From assembly GCA_963674965.2 (NCBI GenBank), contig CAXXFL010000005.1, forward strand, positions 672,001 to 736,000: 64,000 nucleotides of DNA, in the 5' to 3' direction. A model generated the notes under the pieces. It was not told the origin of the DNA, did no database searches, and was given only the letters and a program-made list of their open reading frames with translations. Below are positions 27,290 through 36,241 of this stretch, in pieces. A program made the position numbers and the translations under genes. Position 1 is the stretch's first letter. Each line of letters opens with the position of its first letter. This stretch comes from a bacterium. Lineage in GTDB: Bacteria; RBG-13-61-14; DATKZS01.

Positions 27290-27901
27290 GTGGCTGAAAT
27301 AAAGGCGGAAACCGTAAAGAAGCTTCGGGACAAGACCGGAGCGGGCATGATGGACTGCAAAAAGGCACTGGCCGAGACGGGCGGTGACCTGGAGAAGGCC
27401 ATCGACCTTCTTCGGACCAAGGGTCAGGCCACCAGCGACAAGCGCGCGGGCCGGACGGCCAAGGAAGGCATCGTAGCCAGTTACATTCACAACCCCGGCT
27501 GCAAGATCGGGGTGATGGTCGAGGTCAACTGCGAGACGGACTTCGTGGCCAGAACGGCCGAGTTCGAGACCTTCGCCCGCGACGTGGCCATGCACATAGC
27601 GGCCAGCAGCCCGCTCTACGTCGCGAGGGAAGAAGTCCCTCAGGACGTCATCGACCGGGAAAAGGCCATCTACAAACAGCAGGCCCTTGACGCCGGCAAG
27701 CCCGAGAAGGTCATGGACAAGATAGTGGACGGCAAGCTCGAGAAGTTCTACGGCGACGTGTGCCTTCTCGAGCAGCAGTTCATCAAGGACACGGACAAGA
27801 AAATCCAGGACATCCTGACCGAGCTGATAGGCAAAACCGGCGAGAAGATGCAGATCAAGCGTTTCGCCCGCTTCCAGGTGGGAGAGGGAGAAGAGGATTG
27901 A
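27290..27901 (+). CDS. tsf: Elongation factor Ts (short form)
   Basis: [29 protein letters not shown]. Confidence 0.98.
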   Translation: MAEIKAETVKKLRDKTGAGMMDCKKALAETGGDLEKAIDLLRTKGQATSDKRAGRTAKEGIVASYIHNPGCKIGVMVEVNCETDFVARTAEFETFARDVAMHIAASSPLYVAREEVPQDVIDREKAIYKQQALDAGKPEKVMDKIVDGKLEKFYGDVCLLEQQFIKDTDKKIQDILTELIGKTGEKMQIKRFARFQVGEGEED

Positions 27902-28620
27902 GCGAGGAACCGGCTTTTAAGCGCGCCCTCTTGAAGCTGTCGGGCGAGGCTTTTCAGGGAGGACTCGAGTTCGGGATCGACCTGACCATGCTCAACCGCT
28001 TCGCCTCGGAAATAGCCGAGGTCGCCGCCACGGGCGTCGAGTTGGCCGTGGTGGTGGGAGCGGGAAACATCTTCAGGGGCGTTAACGCCAGCAAGCAGGG
28101 ACTTGACCGGGTGGCCGCGGACTACATGGGTATGCTGGCCACCATTTTAAACTGCGTCGCCTTGCAGGACGCCCTCGAGAAGACCGGTACGCCCACCCGG
28201 GTGTTGTCGGCCATCGAGGTCCCCCAGATATGCGAGCCCTACATCCGGCGGCGGGCGATGAGACACCTGGAAAAGGGAAGGGTCGTCATCTTCGCCGCCG
28301 GCACGGGCAACCCTTATTTTTCCACGGACATGGCCGCGGCCCTTCGCGCGGCGGAGATAGGCGCCGAGGTTATCCTGAAGGCGACCAAGGTTGACGGCGT
28401 TTACGATAGCGACCCGGTCACCAATCCCGGCGCCGTCAAATACGAGCGTCTCACCCACATGGAGGTGCTGAGGAACAACCTGAGGGTAATGGACGCGACG
28501 GCTATTTCCCTTTGCATGGATGAGGATTTACCCGTGATCGTTTTCAACCTGCTCGAGACGGGCAACGTTAAAAAGGCGATCATGGGAGAAAACATTGGAA
28601 CCAGGGTGGTCGTGGAATAA
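27898..28620 (+). CDS. pyrH: UMP kinase
   Basis: [37 protein letters not shown] start overlaps the tsf stop. Confidence 0.97.
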   Translation: MSEEPAFKRALLKLSGEAFQGGLEFGIDLTMLNRFASEIAEVAATGVELAVVVGAGNIFRGVNASKQGLDRVAADYMGMLATILNCVALQDALEKTGTPTRVLSAIEVPQICEPYIRRRAMRHLEKGRVVIFAAGTGNPYFSTDMAAALRAAEIGAEVILKATKVDGVYDSDPVTNPGAVKYERLTHMEVLRNNLRVMDATAISLCMDEDLPVIVFNLLETGNVKKAIMGENIGTRVVVE

Positions 28621-28639
28621 CCGCCATAAGGAGGAACCG

Positions 28640-29206
28640 ATGTCGGAAATGCTCGACCTTATTCTCGATGAAATCGAGGACCAATCCTCGAAAATCCAGG
28701 ACAGCCTGAAAAAGCAGTTGGCCAAGGTCCGGACGGGACGGGCGTCCATCAGCATGCTCGACGAAATCAAAGCCGAGTATTACGGGGCTTTCACTCCCCT
28801 CCAGCAGATGTCCAATATAAGCATACCCGAGCCGAGGCTGATGGTTATCCAGCCCTTCGACCCGTCCTCCTTAAAGGACGTCGAGAAGGCCATACAGGCC
28901 TCGGACCTGGGTCTCAACCCGCACAACGACGGCAAGGTCCTGCGCATATCCATACCCGAGCTCACCGAGGAACGCCGAAAAGAGATGACCAAGATGGTCA
29001 AGAAAATCGCCGAGGAGCACAGGGTCTCGATCAGGCAGGTCCGAAGGGACGCCAACGCCGACCTGAAAAAGGCGGAAAAGGACAAGGAGATCACCGAGGA
29101 CGAGATGCACAAGGGGCTGGATAAAGTGCAGAAAACCGTGGACAAGGCCATCGAGACGATCGATAAAATCTCCGAGGCCAAGGAAAAAGAAGTCATGGAA
29201 ATATGA
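28640..29206 (+). CDS. frr: Ribosome recycling factor
   Basis: RTGRAS, YYG, DLGLNP.NDG, PELTEERRKE; AAGGAGG RBS. Confidence 0.98.
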   Translation: MSEMLDLILDEIEDQSSKIQDSLKKQLAKVRTGRASISMLDEIKAEYYGAFTPLQQMSNISIPEPRLMVIQPFDPSSLKDVEKAIQASDLGLNPHNDGKVLRISIPELTEERRKEMTKMVKKIAEEHRVSIRQVRRDANADLKKAEKDKEITEDEMHKGLDKVQKTVDKAIETIDKISEAKEKEVMEI

Positions 29207-29355
29207 CCCGCCATGGGTCTTGGGCGGCCGCTGAAATTAAGCCCCGGCCACCGTATATACAGGGGAAGGGATTTAAATAGTTAGGGAACTAAAGGTCCAT
29301 AACCGCCCTCTTATCTTGAGACGGAAGGGGACCCGACCAGCCGGATAATATCGTA

Positions 29356-30090
29356 ATGGACCTTCAGCACATCGCCATCATCATGGACGGAAACGGGCGC
29401 TGGGCCAAAAAGCGCGGACTGCCAAGATCCGCCGGCCACCAGGAAGGCGCCAACGCGGCGGCCCGAATAACCCGGACCCTGCGCAAAATGGGCGTTCCTT
29501 TCCTCACCCTTTACGCCCTTTCCACGGAGAACCTCTTTCGGCCCCAGAAAGAACTGGACGCCCTCACCTCCCTCATGCGCAAGTACCTCGACGAGGAAGT
29601 GCCGAGGCTTTTAAAACACAACGTGAGGCTCAAGGTCATCGGCGACAGGTCACTTCTTCCCTCCGACCTGAGAAAGAAGATGGCCGCCGCCGAGGCCGAG
29701 ACGGCCAAGGACTTCATGATGACCCTGAGCCTGGCCATCTGCTACGGCGGCCGCGACGACGTGGTAAGGGCGATAAAGAAGCTGGCCGACAGGGTCCCTC
29801 TCAAGAAGATCGGGCCGGAGGATATAGACTCGGCCCTCGATACGGCCGGCGTGCCCGACCCGGACCTTATTATAAGGACGGGAGGAGAATACAGGCTGTC
29901 GAACTTCCTCACCTGGCAGAGCGCCTATTCCGAGCTTTACTTCACCAAGACCCTCTGGCCCGACTTCACCGCCGCCCATCTGAAGCGCGCCATGAAAAAA
30001 TTCAACATCACCGAGAGACGGTTCGGCCGCACCGACGACGCGGTCGGAGACCGGACCACCTCCGCCAAGATCAAGGGCAAGCTCAGATGA
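29356..30090 (+). CDS. uppS: Undecaprenyl diphosphate synthase
   Basis: HIAIIMDGNGRWA, STEN, DPDLIIRTGGEYRLSNFL.WQ.AYSE. Confidence 0.97.
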   Translation: MDLQHIAIIMDGNGRWAKKRGLPRSAGHQEGANAAARITRTLRKMGVPFLTLYALSTENLFRPQKELDALTSLMRKYLDEEVPRLLKHNVRLKVIGDRSLLPSDLRKKMAAAEAETAKDFMMTLSLAICYGGRDDVVRAIKKLADRVPLKKIGPEDIDSALDTAGVPDPDLIIRTGGEYRLSNFLTWQSAYSELYFTKTLWPDFTAAHLKRAMKKFNITERRFGRTDDAVGDRTTSAKIKGKLR

Positions 30091-31238
30091 GACGAGTGGC
30101 GGTCCTGGGCAGCACCGGCTCGATCGGAGAGAACGCGCTCAGGGTCGTCGAGGCCGCGCCGAGCGAGTTCCGGATCGTCGGCCTGGCCGCGGGCAGAAAC
30201 CACGGCCGGCTCTCCGAGCAGATATCCAGACACCGTCCTCCCATAGCCGCGGTTTGCGCCGGGGAGGGCGAGCCCCTTTGCGCCATGCTCGAGGAGGCGC
30301 CCGCCGAGGTGGTGACCGGCGAGGAGGGCATGGTCCGCGTGGCCACTATGGAAGAGGCGGACATAGTGCTCATCGCCATCTCCGGCGCCGCGGCCCTGGC
30401 CCCCGCCTTCGCGGCGGTTCAGGCCGGCAAGACCGTGGCCCTGGCCAACAAGGAATGCCTGGTCATGGCCGGAGAGCTTATCCTCGAGACGGCCGCAAAA
30501 ACGGGCGCCATTGTCTTGCCGGTGGACTCGGAGCACTCGGGCGTCTTCCAGGCCCTGGCGGGAAGGCCCGTCGGCCAGGTAAGAAGGATCATCCTGCCCG
30601 CCTCGGGCGGCCCTTTCCTGGATACGCCCCTCGCGGAAATCGAGAAGGCTACTCCCGAGATGGCCCTCAACCATCCCACCTGGAACATGGGCAAAAGGAT
30701 ATCCATCGACTCCGCCACCCTCATGAACAAGGCCCTCGAGGTCATCGAGGCCAGGTGGCTCTTTAACGTCCCGCCCGAGCGGGTGGACGTGGTGATCCAT
30801 CCCGAGAGCGTGATCCACGGAATAGTCGAGTTCGTGGACGGGTCCATGGTGGCCCAGATGTCCGTGCCCGACATGAGACTGCCCATCCTGCGCGCCCTAT
30901 CCTGGCCGGGCCGCATGGACGCCGGACTTCCCCGGCTCGATCTGGCCGCCTTCGGCAGGCTGACCTTCCGGGAGGTGGACCATAAGAAATTCCCCGCCCT
31001 GGGCCTGGCCTACAAGGCCCTCGAGACGGGAGGGACCGCCCCCGCCGTCCTGGCCGCCGCCGATGAGGAGGCGGTCGCGGCTTTCCTCGATAATAAAATC
31101 CCCTTCGGCCGCCTCGTGCCCGCCATAGCCGAGGTCCTGGCCGAGCATAAACCCCAGCCCGCCGACTCCATCGCCCGGGTCATCGAGGCCGACCACTGGG
31201 CCCGGGAAAAAACCAGGGACCTTATTGACAAGGCCTGA
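30087..31238 (+). CDS. dxr: 1-deoxy-D-xylulose 5-phosphate reductoisomerase
   Basis: LGSTGSIG, LANKE, PVDSEH, HPTWNMG.RISIDSATLMNKALE. Confidence 0.98.
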   Translation: MRRVAVLGSTGSIGENALRVVEAAPSEFRIVGLAAGRNHGRLSEQISRHRPPIAAVCAGEGEPLCAMLEEAPAEVVTGEEGMVRVATMEEADIVLIAISGAAALAPAFAAVQAGKTVALANKECLVMAGELILETAAKTGAIVLPVDSEHSGVFQALAGRPVGQVRRIILPASGGPFLDTPLAEIEKATPEMALNHPTWNMGKRISIDSATLMNKALEVIEARWLFNVPPERVDVVIHPESVIHGIVEFVDGSMVAQMSVPDMRLPILRALSWPGRMDAGLPRLDLAAFGRLTFREVDHKKFPALGLAYKALETGGTAPAVLAAADEEAVAAFLDNKIPFGRLVPAIAEVLAEHKPQPADSIARVIEADHWAREKTRDLIDKA

Positions 31239-31293
31239 CGGCGAATACTAAACTGGCGCCATACCTTCAATCCACCACGGGAGGGCGCGATAA

Positions 31294-31569
31294 ATGCTAA
31301 GAAAACTGATCGTCGTCGCGGCGGTTTCCTTGTCGCTCGCCGGCTGCAAGTCTTTCAGGGAAGGCTACCGAAAGGGCTTTATCGAAAGCTGGGAGAAGAA
31401 CTTCGTGAAGTCCTGCGTCGGTTCCAACGACGCGCCCGAGCAAAGGGAGCTTTGTCAGTGCGTGGCGGCCCGGGCCGTCTCGGAACTCACGGTCGAGCAG
31501 CTTTCGGACGTGTCCTATACAACCAAATACATCCAGGATAATATCATGCCCGCCTGCCAGTCGGAATAA
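31294..31569 (+). CDS. Small Cys-containing lipoprotein
   Basis: LAGC lipobox; C...CQC...C pattern; GGGAGG RBS; TTGACA-N18-TAAACT upstream. Confidence 0.75.
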   Translation: MLRKLIVVAAVSLSLAGCKSFREGYRKGFIESWEKNFVKSCVGSNDAPEQRELCQCVAARAVSELTVEQLSDVSYTTKYIQDNIMPACQSE

Positions 31570-31587
31570 AAAGGCGGCCATCTTCGC

Positions 31588-32898
31588 TCAGTGCCGGCGC
31601 TTGGATCCCACGTCCGGGTTTTGCCTGAATTCCTCGATCGAGCAATAAACTCCGCCGGGAGTGTAGGCGGCCATCTCGCCGGTAATGGGACCCTCGGGAA
31701 GCACTCCGAAATCTCCAGCGTAGTCCGGGTCGGTCATAATGTTGCGCATGATGACGATGCCCTTTTTCATTTTCAATCCCACCCATTGTTCCGGCGGAAC
31801 GCAATCGGGCCGGGCGACTCCTCCGAACCCGACGACCAGTTGGCTCTCGCCGCTTGCAAGGCGCGGGACTTCCACGTCGCTCAGCGAGGTCTCGGTGGGA
31901 AACCCCGCGAAGTAAGAGGGGTCGCGGTAAGCGAAGGCCAGGCTCCAGTAGCGAGCGTCCACGTCGGACTTTATGGGTCCGCCCGCGTAGGATTCCTCCG
32001 GCACGCGGGCGGCCCGCCACCTCAGAACCAAAAGCTCGCCGAACTCGTCGCTGACGGGAGCGCTGACGTAGATAGTGTCGTCGTTGCCCACGACCTTATT
32101 GCCACGCCGCTCCTCCCGGCCGTACAGGTTGTTCCAGACCGGAGGGTTTTGGGGCCCTCCCAGTAGTTCCTTTTTGGACCGCGCTTCCATAAGAAAGGAA
32201 CCAAGCACGGAAGTGGCCCCACGTAAATAGATCATTCGCGAAAGCGCCTTCTCGGGACAGCGGCATTTCCCGTCCTCGTCGTATACGGCCACCCGGGGAG
32301 GGGGCACGGCCCCATAAGCGCCGAGGGGATGGCCTTCCCTGTAGCCCATGCCCTCGTCGGGCAGGTACACCCGATACCCCAGAAACGCGGCCTTGTTGGG
32401 CTTGCCTTCATTGGTCAACCCGGCGTATAGCGTATTGGCCGGACGCTCGCCGGCCGGCGGCCCCTCCATGAGCACGGTGATCTCGTACTCGCCCAGGTAT
32501 TCGCCGCTTCTGGCGGTCCCGGCCACGAATGGGTTAACGCCGGAGGAGGGAACGATTTCATAATCGCGGATGGCGTCGATGGGCCTCAATTTCTCGTCGT
32601 AAACGTTTATCGAGATATACCGGGCGTGGGGAAACTGGGACTTCATTACCAGGCGCTCGCCGGGTTTGACCCTCGCGGCGAAACCGTGGTAATTGGCGTT
32701 GAAATCCGCGGGGCCCATGTCGTTGGACTCCGGACCCGGCTTGCACATCATGGCGCAGGAGCATCCATCCTCCCGGGTAACTCCAACCCGCTTCTCGCAA
32801 CTCGTGATCAAAAGAAAAGACGCCAAGGCGACGGCCATGAAACCAGCCGTCCATAATCGGCACAAATGACGCGGAGTAATTCTTGCAAACTTTTTCAT
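31588..32898 (-). CDS. Exported lipoprotein of unknown function
   Basis: AAGGAGAG RBS; ITSC lipobox-like; two related halves containing FPHARYISINVY and ARYWSL. Confidence 0.7.
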   Translation of the reverse strand: MKKFARITPRHLCRLWTAGFMAVALASFLLITSCEKRVGVTREDGCSCAMMCKPGPESNDMGPADFNANYHGFAARVKPGERLVMKSQFPHARYISINVYDEKLRPIDAIRDYEIVPSSGVNPFVAGTARSGEYLGEYEITVLMEGPPAGERPANTLYAGLTNEGKPNKAAFLGYRVYLPDEGMGYREGHPLGAYGAVPPPRVAVYDEDGKCRCPEKALSRMIYLRGATSVLGSFLMEARSKKELLGGPQNPPVWNNLYGREERRGNKVVGNDDTIYVSAPVSDEFGELLVLRWRAARVPEESYAGGPIKSDVDARYWSLAFAYRDPSYFAGFPTETSLSDVEVPRLASGESQLVVGFGGVARPDCVPPEQWVGLKMKKGIVIMRNIMTDPDYAGDFGVLPEGPITGEMAAYTPGGVYCSIEEFRQNPDVGSKRRH

Positions 32899-33330
32899 AA
32901 TGCTCTCCTTGTCAGGGTCAGCGGTAACTTTTTTCCCGGCCGCGACTTTGACTATTTTATCCCATGGCCCCCATCCGGCGAAAGGCGGCGGCAAGACTCG
33001 CCCGGTTTGGCCACCCTGGGAGGCCGCCTTTATTGGTATTGGGCGCGAACGAGTGGGTGAGCGGAGCGAACGGGCTTGGCGCCTCGAGGCTTGTCGAAGC
33101 GGCAGGGCCACACGCCGCTAGAATCTGCCGCCTTGACCGTTGATCGGCGACGGGCGAAACCGGGTCCGTTTCTTCATAAACAGGAGGGGGATTTAATCCT
33201 TAGGCGCGGGAAGGAAAGGCCAATGTATGTCAAACCGCGAGCGTGACCCCTCCCTCGGCTTTCACGGGGGAGGGCCGTAATCGCGGCGGCAGAAAGGAGA
33301 GGCATGATCGGTCCTCTTTGGTTTTACCGG

Positions 33331-33519
33331 TCAGGACTCGTCTTTTTCCGTGTTTTTCTCGCTCACCTTTTTATAGATCATCACGAGAAGGACGATGATT
33401 ATGACGTTGAAAAGGACGGTAAGGCCAAGATCGAAGGCCTCCATAAAGCCCAGCGGCCTTATCATGTCCTTTAATTGATTTAGCACCAAAGCCAGGTAGT
33501 TGTACTGTTCCGGGGTCAT
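33331..33519 (-). CDS. Small single-TM membrane protein (62 aa)
   Basis: GGAGGAG RBS; hydrophobic LGLTVLFNVIIIVLLVMIY followed by a Lys-rich charged tail. Confidence 0.65.
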   Translation of the reverse strand: MTPEQYNYLALVLNQLKDMIRPLGFMEAFDLGLTVLFNVIIIVLLVMIYKKVSEKNTEKDES

Positions 33520-33649
33520 TTTACTCCTCCAACGAGACGGCGATATCCGGCCGAGATGGGCTGGATTTTACAGGATGCCCGGTCCTGTAGTCAAGAAAGG
33601 CGGCGGCCAATATGGCCTCAATCCGCCCGGGATTAAAAAGGCGCCCATC

Positions 33650-33991
33650 TTACCCGCTCGCCAGTTTTTCGTACATGGCCTTGGCCTCGGGCGAGAACTT
33701 GTGGAAGCGCTCGAGGGTCTGGCAAGGGCCGTCCCCGCATTCGGCGCAATTCTCGAGGTCCCGCTCGCGGCAGCACTTTCTCACCCCGCAGCTATGGCAA
33801 TAGCCGATCAATACGCCACCCTCGGACTTGCAGCCCTCGCAATTAATGTCCTCCGGCTTCATCTCGAGCCCGAACTTTTTCGAGTACATGGCCGCCGTCT
33901 TCGCCCTGGCCTCGTCGTCGTCGTCCCGAGTGGCGATAAAAGTCGGACAACTCGAGCAAACAAGTCCGCAATATGCGATCATCTTCGACAT
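33650..33991 (-). CDS. DUF3795-like Cys-rich protein
   Basis: IAYCGLVCSSCP...CEGC...C..C.VRKCC....NCAEC...PC. Confidence 0.85.
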   Translation of the reverse strand: MSKMIAYCGLVCSSCPTFIATRDDDDEARAKTAAMYSKKFGLEMKPEDINCEGCKSEGGVLIGYCHSCGVRKCCRERDLENCAECGDGPCQTLERFHKFSPEAKAMYEKLASG

Positions 33992-34006
33992 GATTTCCCC
34001 CCTAAG

Positions 34007-35407
34007 TTAAATTCGATCAGCCATTATATAAACCCATTCAACCTGAATATATACAAAAAGCAGTAATAGCAAAAGAGCGGCTATTCTTTTTTTTCTGCCG
34101 GCGGGCAAAAGAGAAGTCAGCTTTTGCCTGAAGGTCGCTCCATTGGCCTTGGCGGCCCGAGCGAGCATATCGCAGGCGAACAAGGCGAGAATGGGGGTTA
34201 TGGGAGCGTGGTAGGTGGGATGAGAAAAGGAAATCCAGTAGGGCGCGGCGTATAGGAATATGGAGATAAGTCCCAGGATTTTAAGATAATTGTACCCCTC
34301 CTCTTCTCGCGGCGGCCCGAGAAAAGCCAGAATGGAAAAACAGGCGATAAAAAAATAAAAAACGTTGTCCAGGAGGATCAGCGAAAACCCGAACGTTTTT
34401 CCGGCCCCTTTCGACTTGATAAGGAAACCGCCCAAAAACGTGTCCATGGCGAAGAAGGCCCGCGCCCGGTTGGCCGTCCTTACAAGGAAAAGATCGGGAC
34501 GGCCGAATATATGGGAAAGGGCATGCTTGGCATATTGTTTCTCTTCTTCCTCAGAGGGAAAGGCCCGGATGGATTTGACCATTCGCCGATAACCCTCGGG
34601 GGCCAGTCGATCTGTCCGGGAACCGAAAATCCAGGTCTTGTAAAGAGGCGTATAGGGGTTGTTGCCCCTGAAAAAATTAACGTTGTTATACTTGTTGATA
34701 AAGGTGAAATAGCCCGACACTTCGCTTGCTTTCATGCACCATGTAAAAATCAGGGCGAAAGAAATAAGAGCGGCAATGCCGGCCGACCAGGTCCTGCCGG
34801 AAAGATACGCCGCCCCTATCGGTAACGCGGCCGTAAGGATGAGGCTCGAGGGCCTGGCCAAGGAGAGCAGCCCAAGGAAGAGGCCAAGAAGAGTCCAACT
34901 AAGAACGGAGGGCTTTTGGATGGCCCTCGTTCCAAGGTAAAGGGAAATCAATAATAAAGCCCCCGTCGGAAGCTGAGTAAGCGGAGTAATCGAGTAATAG
35001 ATAAAAGAAGGATAAAAAGCGAAAATAAATAGGGCCAGGTTGGACGTCGTCTCGCCCATGAACGTCCTCGATATCCTCCTCAACCCAAAACAAAGCGCCA
35101 GGTAGTAAACCAGCATGGACGCGCGTCCAATTAAAAAACCCGAGCCGAATATGCGATAGAAAAGAGCCAGATGAATAGGGACAAGGGGAGGAAACCAGGG
35201 AATGAAATCCCGTCCGGATAAAAGGTTATAAGCCATCTGGTCGTAATCCTCAGCGTCACTAATGAAAGGTTCGCCGCGAATGAAGATAATGATGGCCAGC
35301 CGGACAACCAGACCCGCCGCGACAATCAACAAGCCAACGCGGGGAGACGAAAAAATCTCCGTTCGACTTATATATGGTCCGCCCTTTTTATTATCGGCAT
35401 CCATCAT
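34007..35407 (-). CDS. Polytopic GT-C (ArnT/PMT-like) glycosyltransferase
   Basis: SDAEDYDQMAYNL, PP, many TM helices, RP, GNNP motif; lower GC than its neighbours. Confidence 0.75.
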   Translation of the reverse strand: MMDADNKKGGPYISRTEIFSSPRVGLLIVAAGLVVRLAIIIFIRGEPFISDAEDYDQMAYNLLSGRDFIPWFPPLVPIHLALFYRIFGSGFLIGRASMLVYYLALCFGLRRISRTFMGETTSNLALFIFAFYPSFIYYSITPLTQLPTGALLLISLYLGTRAIQKPSVLSWTLLGLFLGLLSLARPSSLILTAALPIGAAYLSGRTWSAGIAALISFALIFTWCMKASEVSGYFTFINKYNNVNFFRGNNPYTPLYKTWIFGSRTDRLAPEGYRRMVKSIRAFPSEEEEKQYAKHALSHIFGRPDLFLVRTANRARAFFAMDTFLGGFLIKSKGAGKTFGFSLILLDNVFYFFIACFSILAFLGPPREEEGYNYLKILGLISIFLYAAPYWISFSHPTYHAPITPILALFACDMLARAAKANGATFRQKLTSLLPAGRKKRIAALLLLLLFVYIQVEWVYIMADRI

Positions 35408-35555
35408 CGATCGGCAAAAAATCCTTGTATGGATTGTCGGCCCATCACAGTATAGCAGAATTGGCCCGTGAGGCTAAATGGACGTTAAGCCCATCCGATT
35501 GCGGCCATCCCATAAGTCCAGTATTATAATTATCGACTAAGCGATTGATTTAACA

Positions 35556-36239
35556 ATGAGAAGACCTAAATCCGACGGGGAGAGGAGAGAGCTGATCGAG
35601 TATATCGACTCGAGGCTTCTCGAGGAATATGGAGACAAGATACCGAGCGAGCCGAGGCCCGATCCTCTCGACGAGCTGGTGCTGACGATTTTATCGCAAA
35701 ATACCAATGACGTGAACCGTGACCGTGCTTATAATAAACTAAGGGGCCGTTTCCCGAAGTGGGAGGACGTGCTCGATGCCCCGGTTGAGAAGATCGAGGA
35801 CGCCATTCGGGTGGGCGGCCTGGCGGGTCAGAAGTCAACGAGAATAAAAAGGATTCTCGGGGAGATCAAGGAAAGGGAGGGTAAGCTGAACCTTTCCAGG
35901 CTTTGCTCCGTTCCCAATGAAGAGGCCCTCGGGTACCTTTATTCCTTCAAGGGGGTGGGAGAGAAAACGGCGGCCATCGTTATGCTTTTTTGCTGTGACG
36001 TACCGGTCTTTCCCGTGGACACCCACATTCATCGCCTGTCGGGCAGGCTGGGGCTTATCGGGCTAAAAGACGACGCGGCCAAGGCCCACCGGAAAATGGG
36101 AAAGCTGGTACCGGAGAATATTATGTACCGGTTTCATATCAACCTTATCGAGCACGGCCGGGCCAGGTGCTCGGCCAGGAAACCCGATTGCGCGGCCTGT
36201 TGTCTAACCGAAAGGTGCCCGTCGTCGGGCAAGGTTTAA
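35556..36239 (+). CDS. nth: Endonuclease III-family HhH-GPD glycosylase with 4Fe-4S loop
   Basis: LVLTILSQNTND, GVGEKTA, PVDTH, C.ARKP.C..C.L...C. Confidence 0.88.
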   Translation: MRRPKSDGERRELIEYIDSRLLEEYGDKIPSEPRPDPLDELVLTILSQNTNDVNRDRAYNKLRGRFPKWEDVLDAPVEKIEDAIRVGGLAGQKSTRIKRILGEIKEREGKLNLSRLCSVPNEEALGYLYSFKGVGEKTAAIVMLFCCDVPVFPVDTHIHRLSGRLGLIGLKDDAAKAHRKMGKLVPENIMYRFHINLIEHGRARCSARKPDCAACCLTERCPSSGKV

Positions 36240-36241
36240 TC

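Noticed and set aside
27000-27901. Acidic S2 tail and short EF-Ts
   Set aside because: Both are common, known variants.
33040-33085. GAGCGGAGCGAA motif suggestive of attC or REP elements
   Set aside because: No complementary RYYYAAC/GTTRRRY boxes and no integrase; too weak to call.
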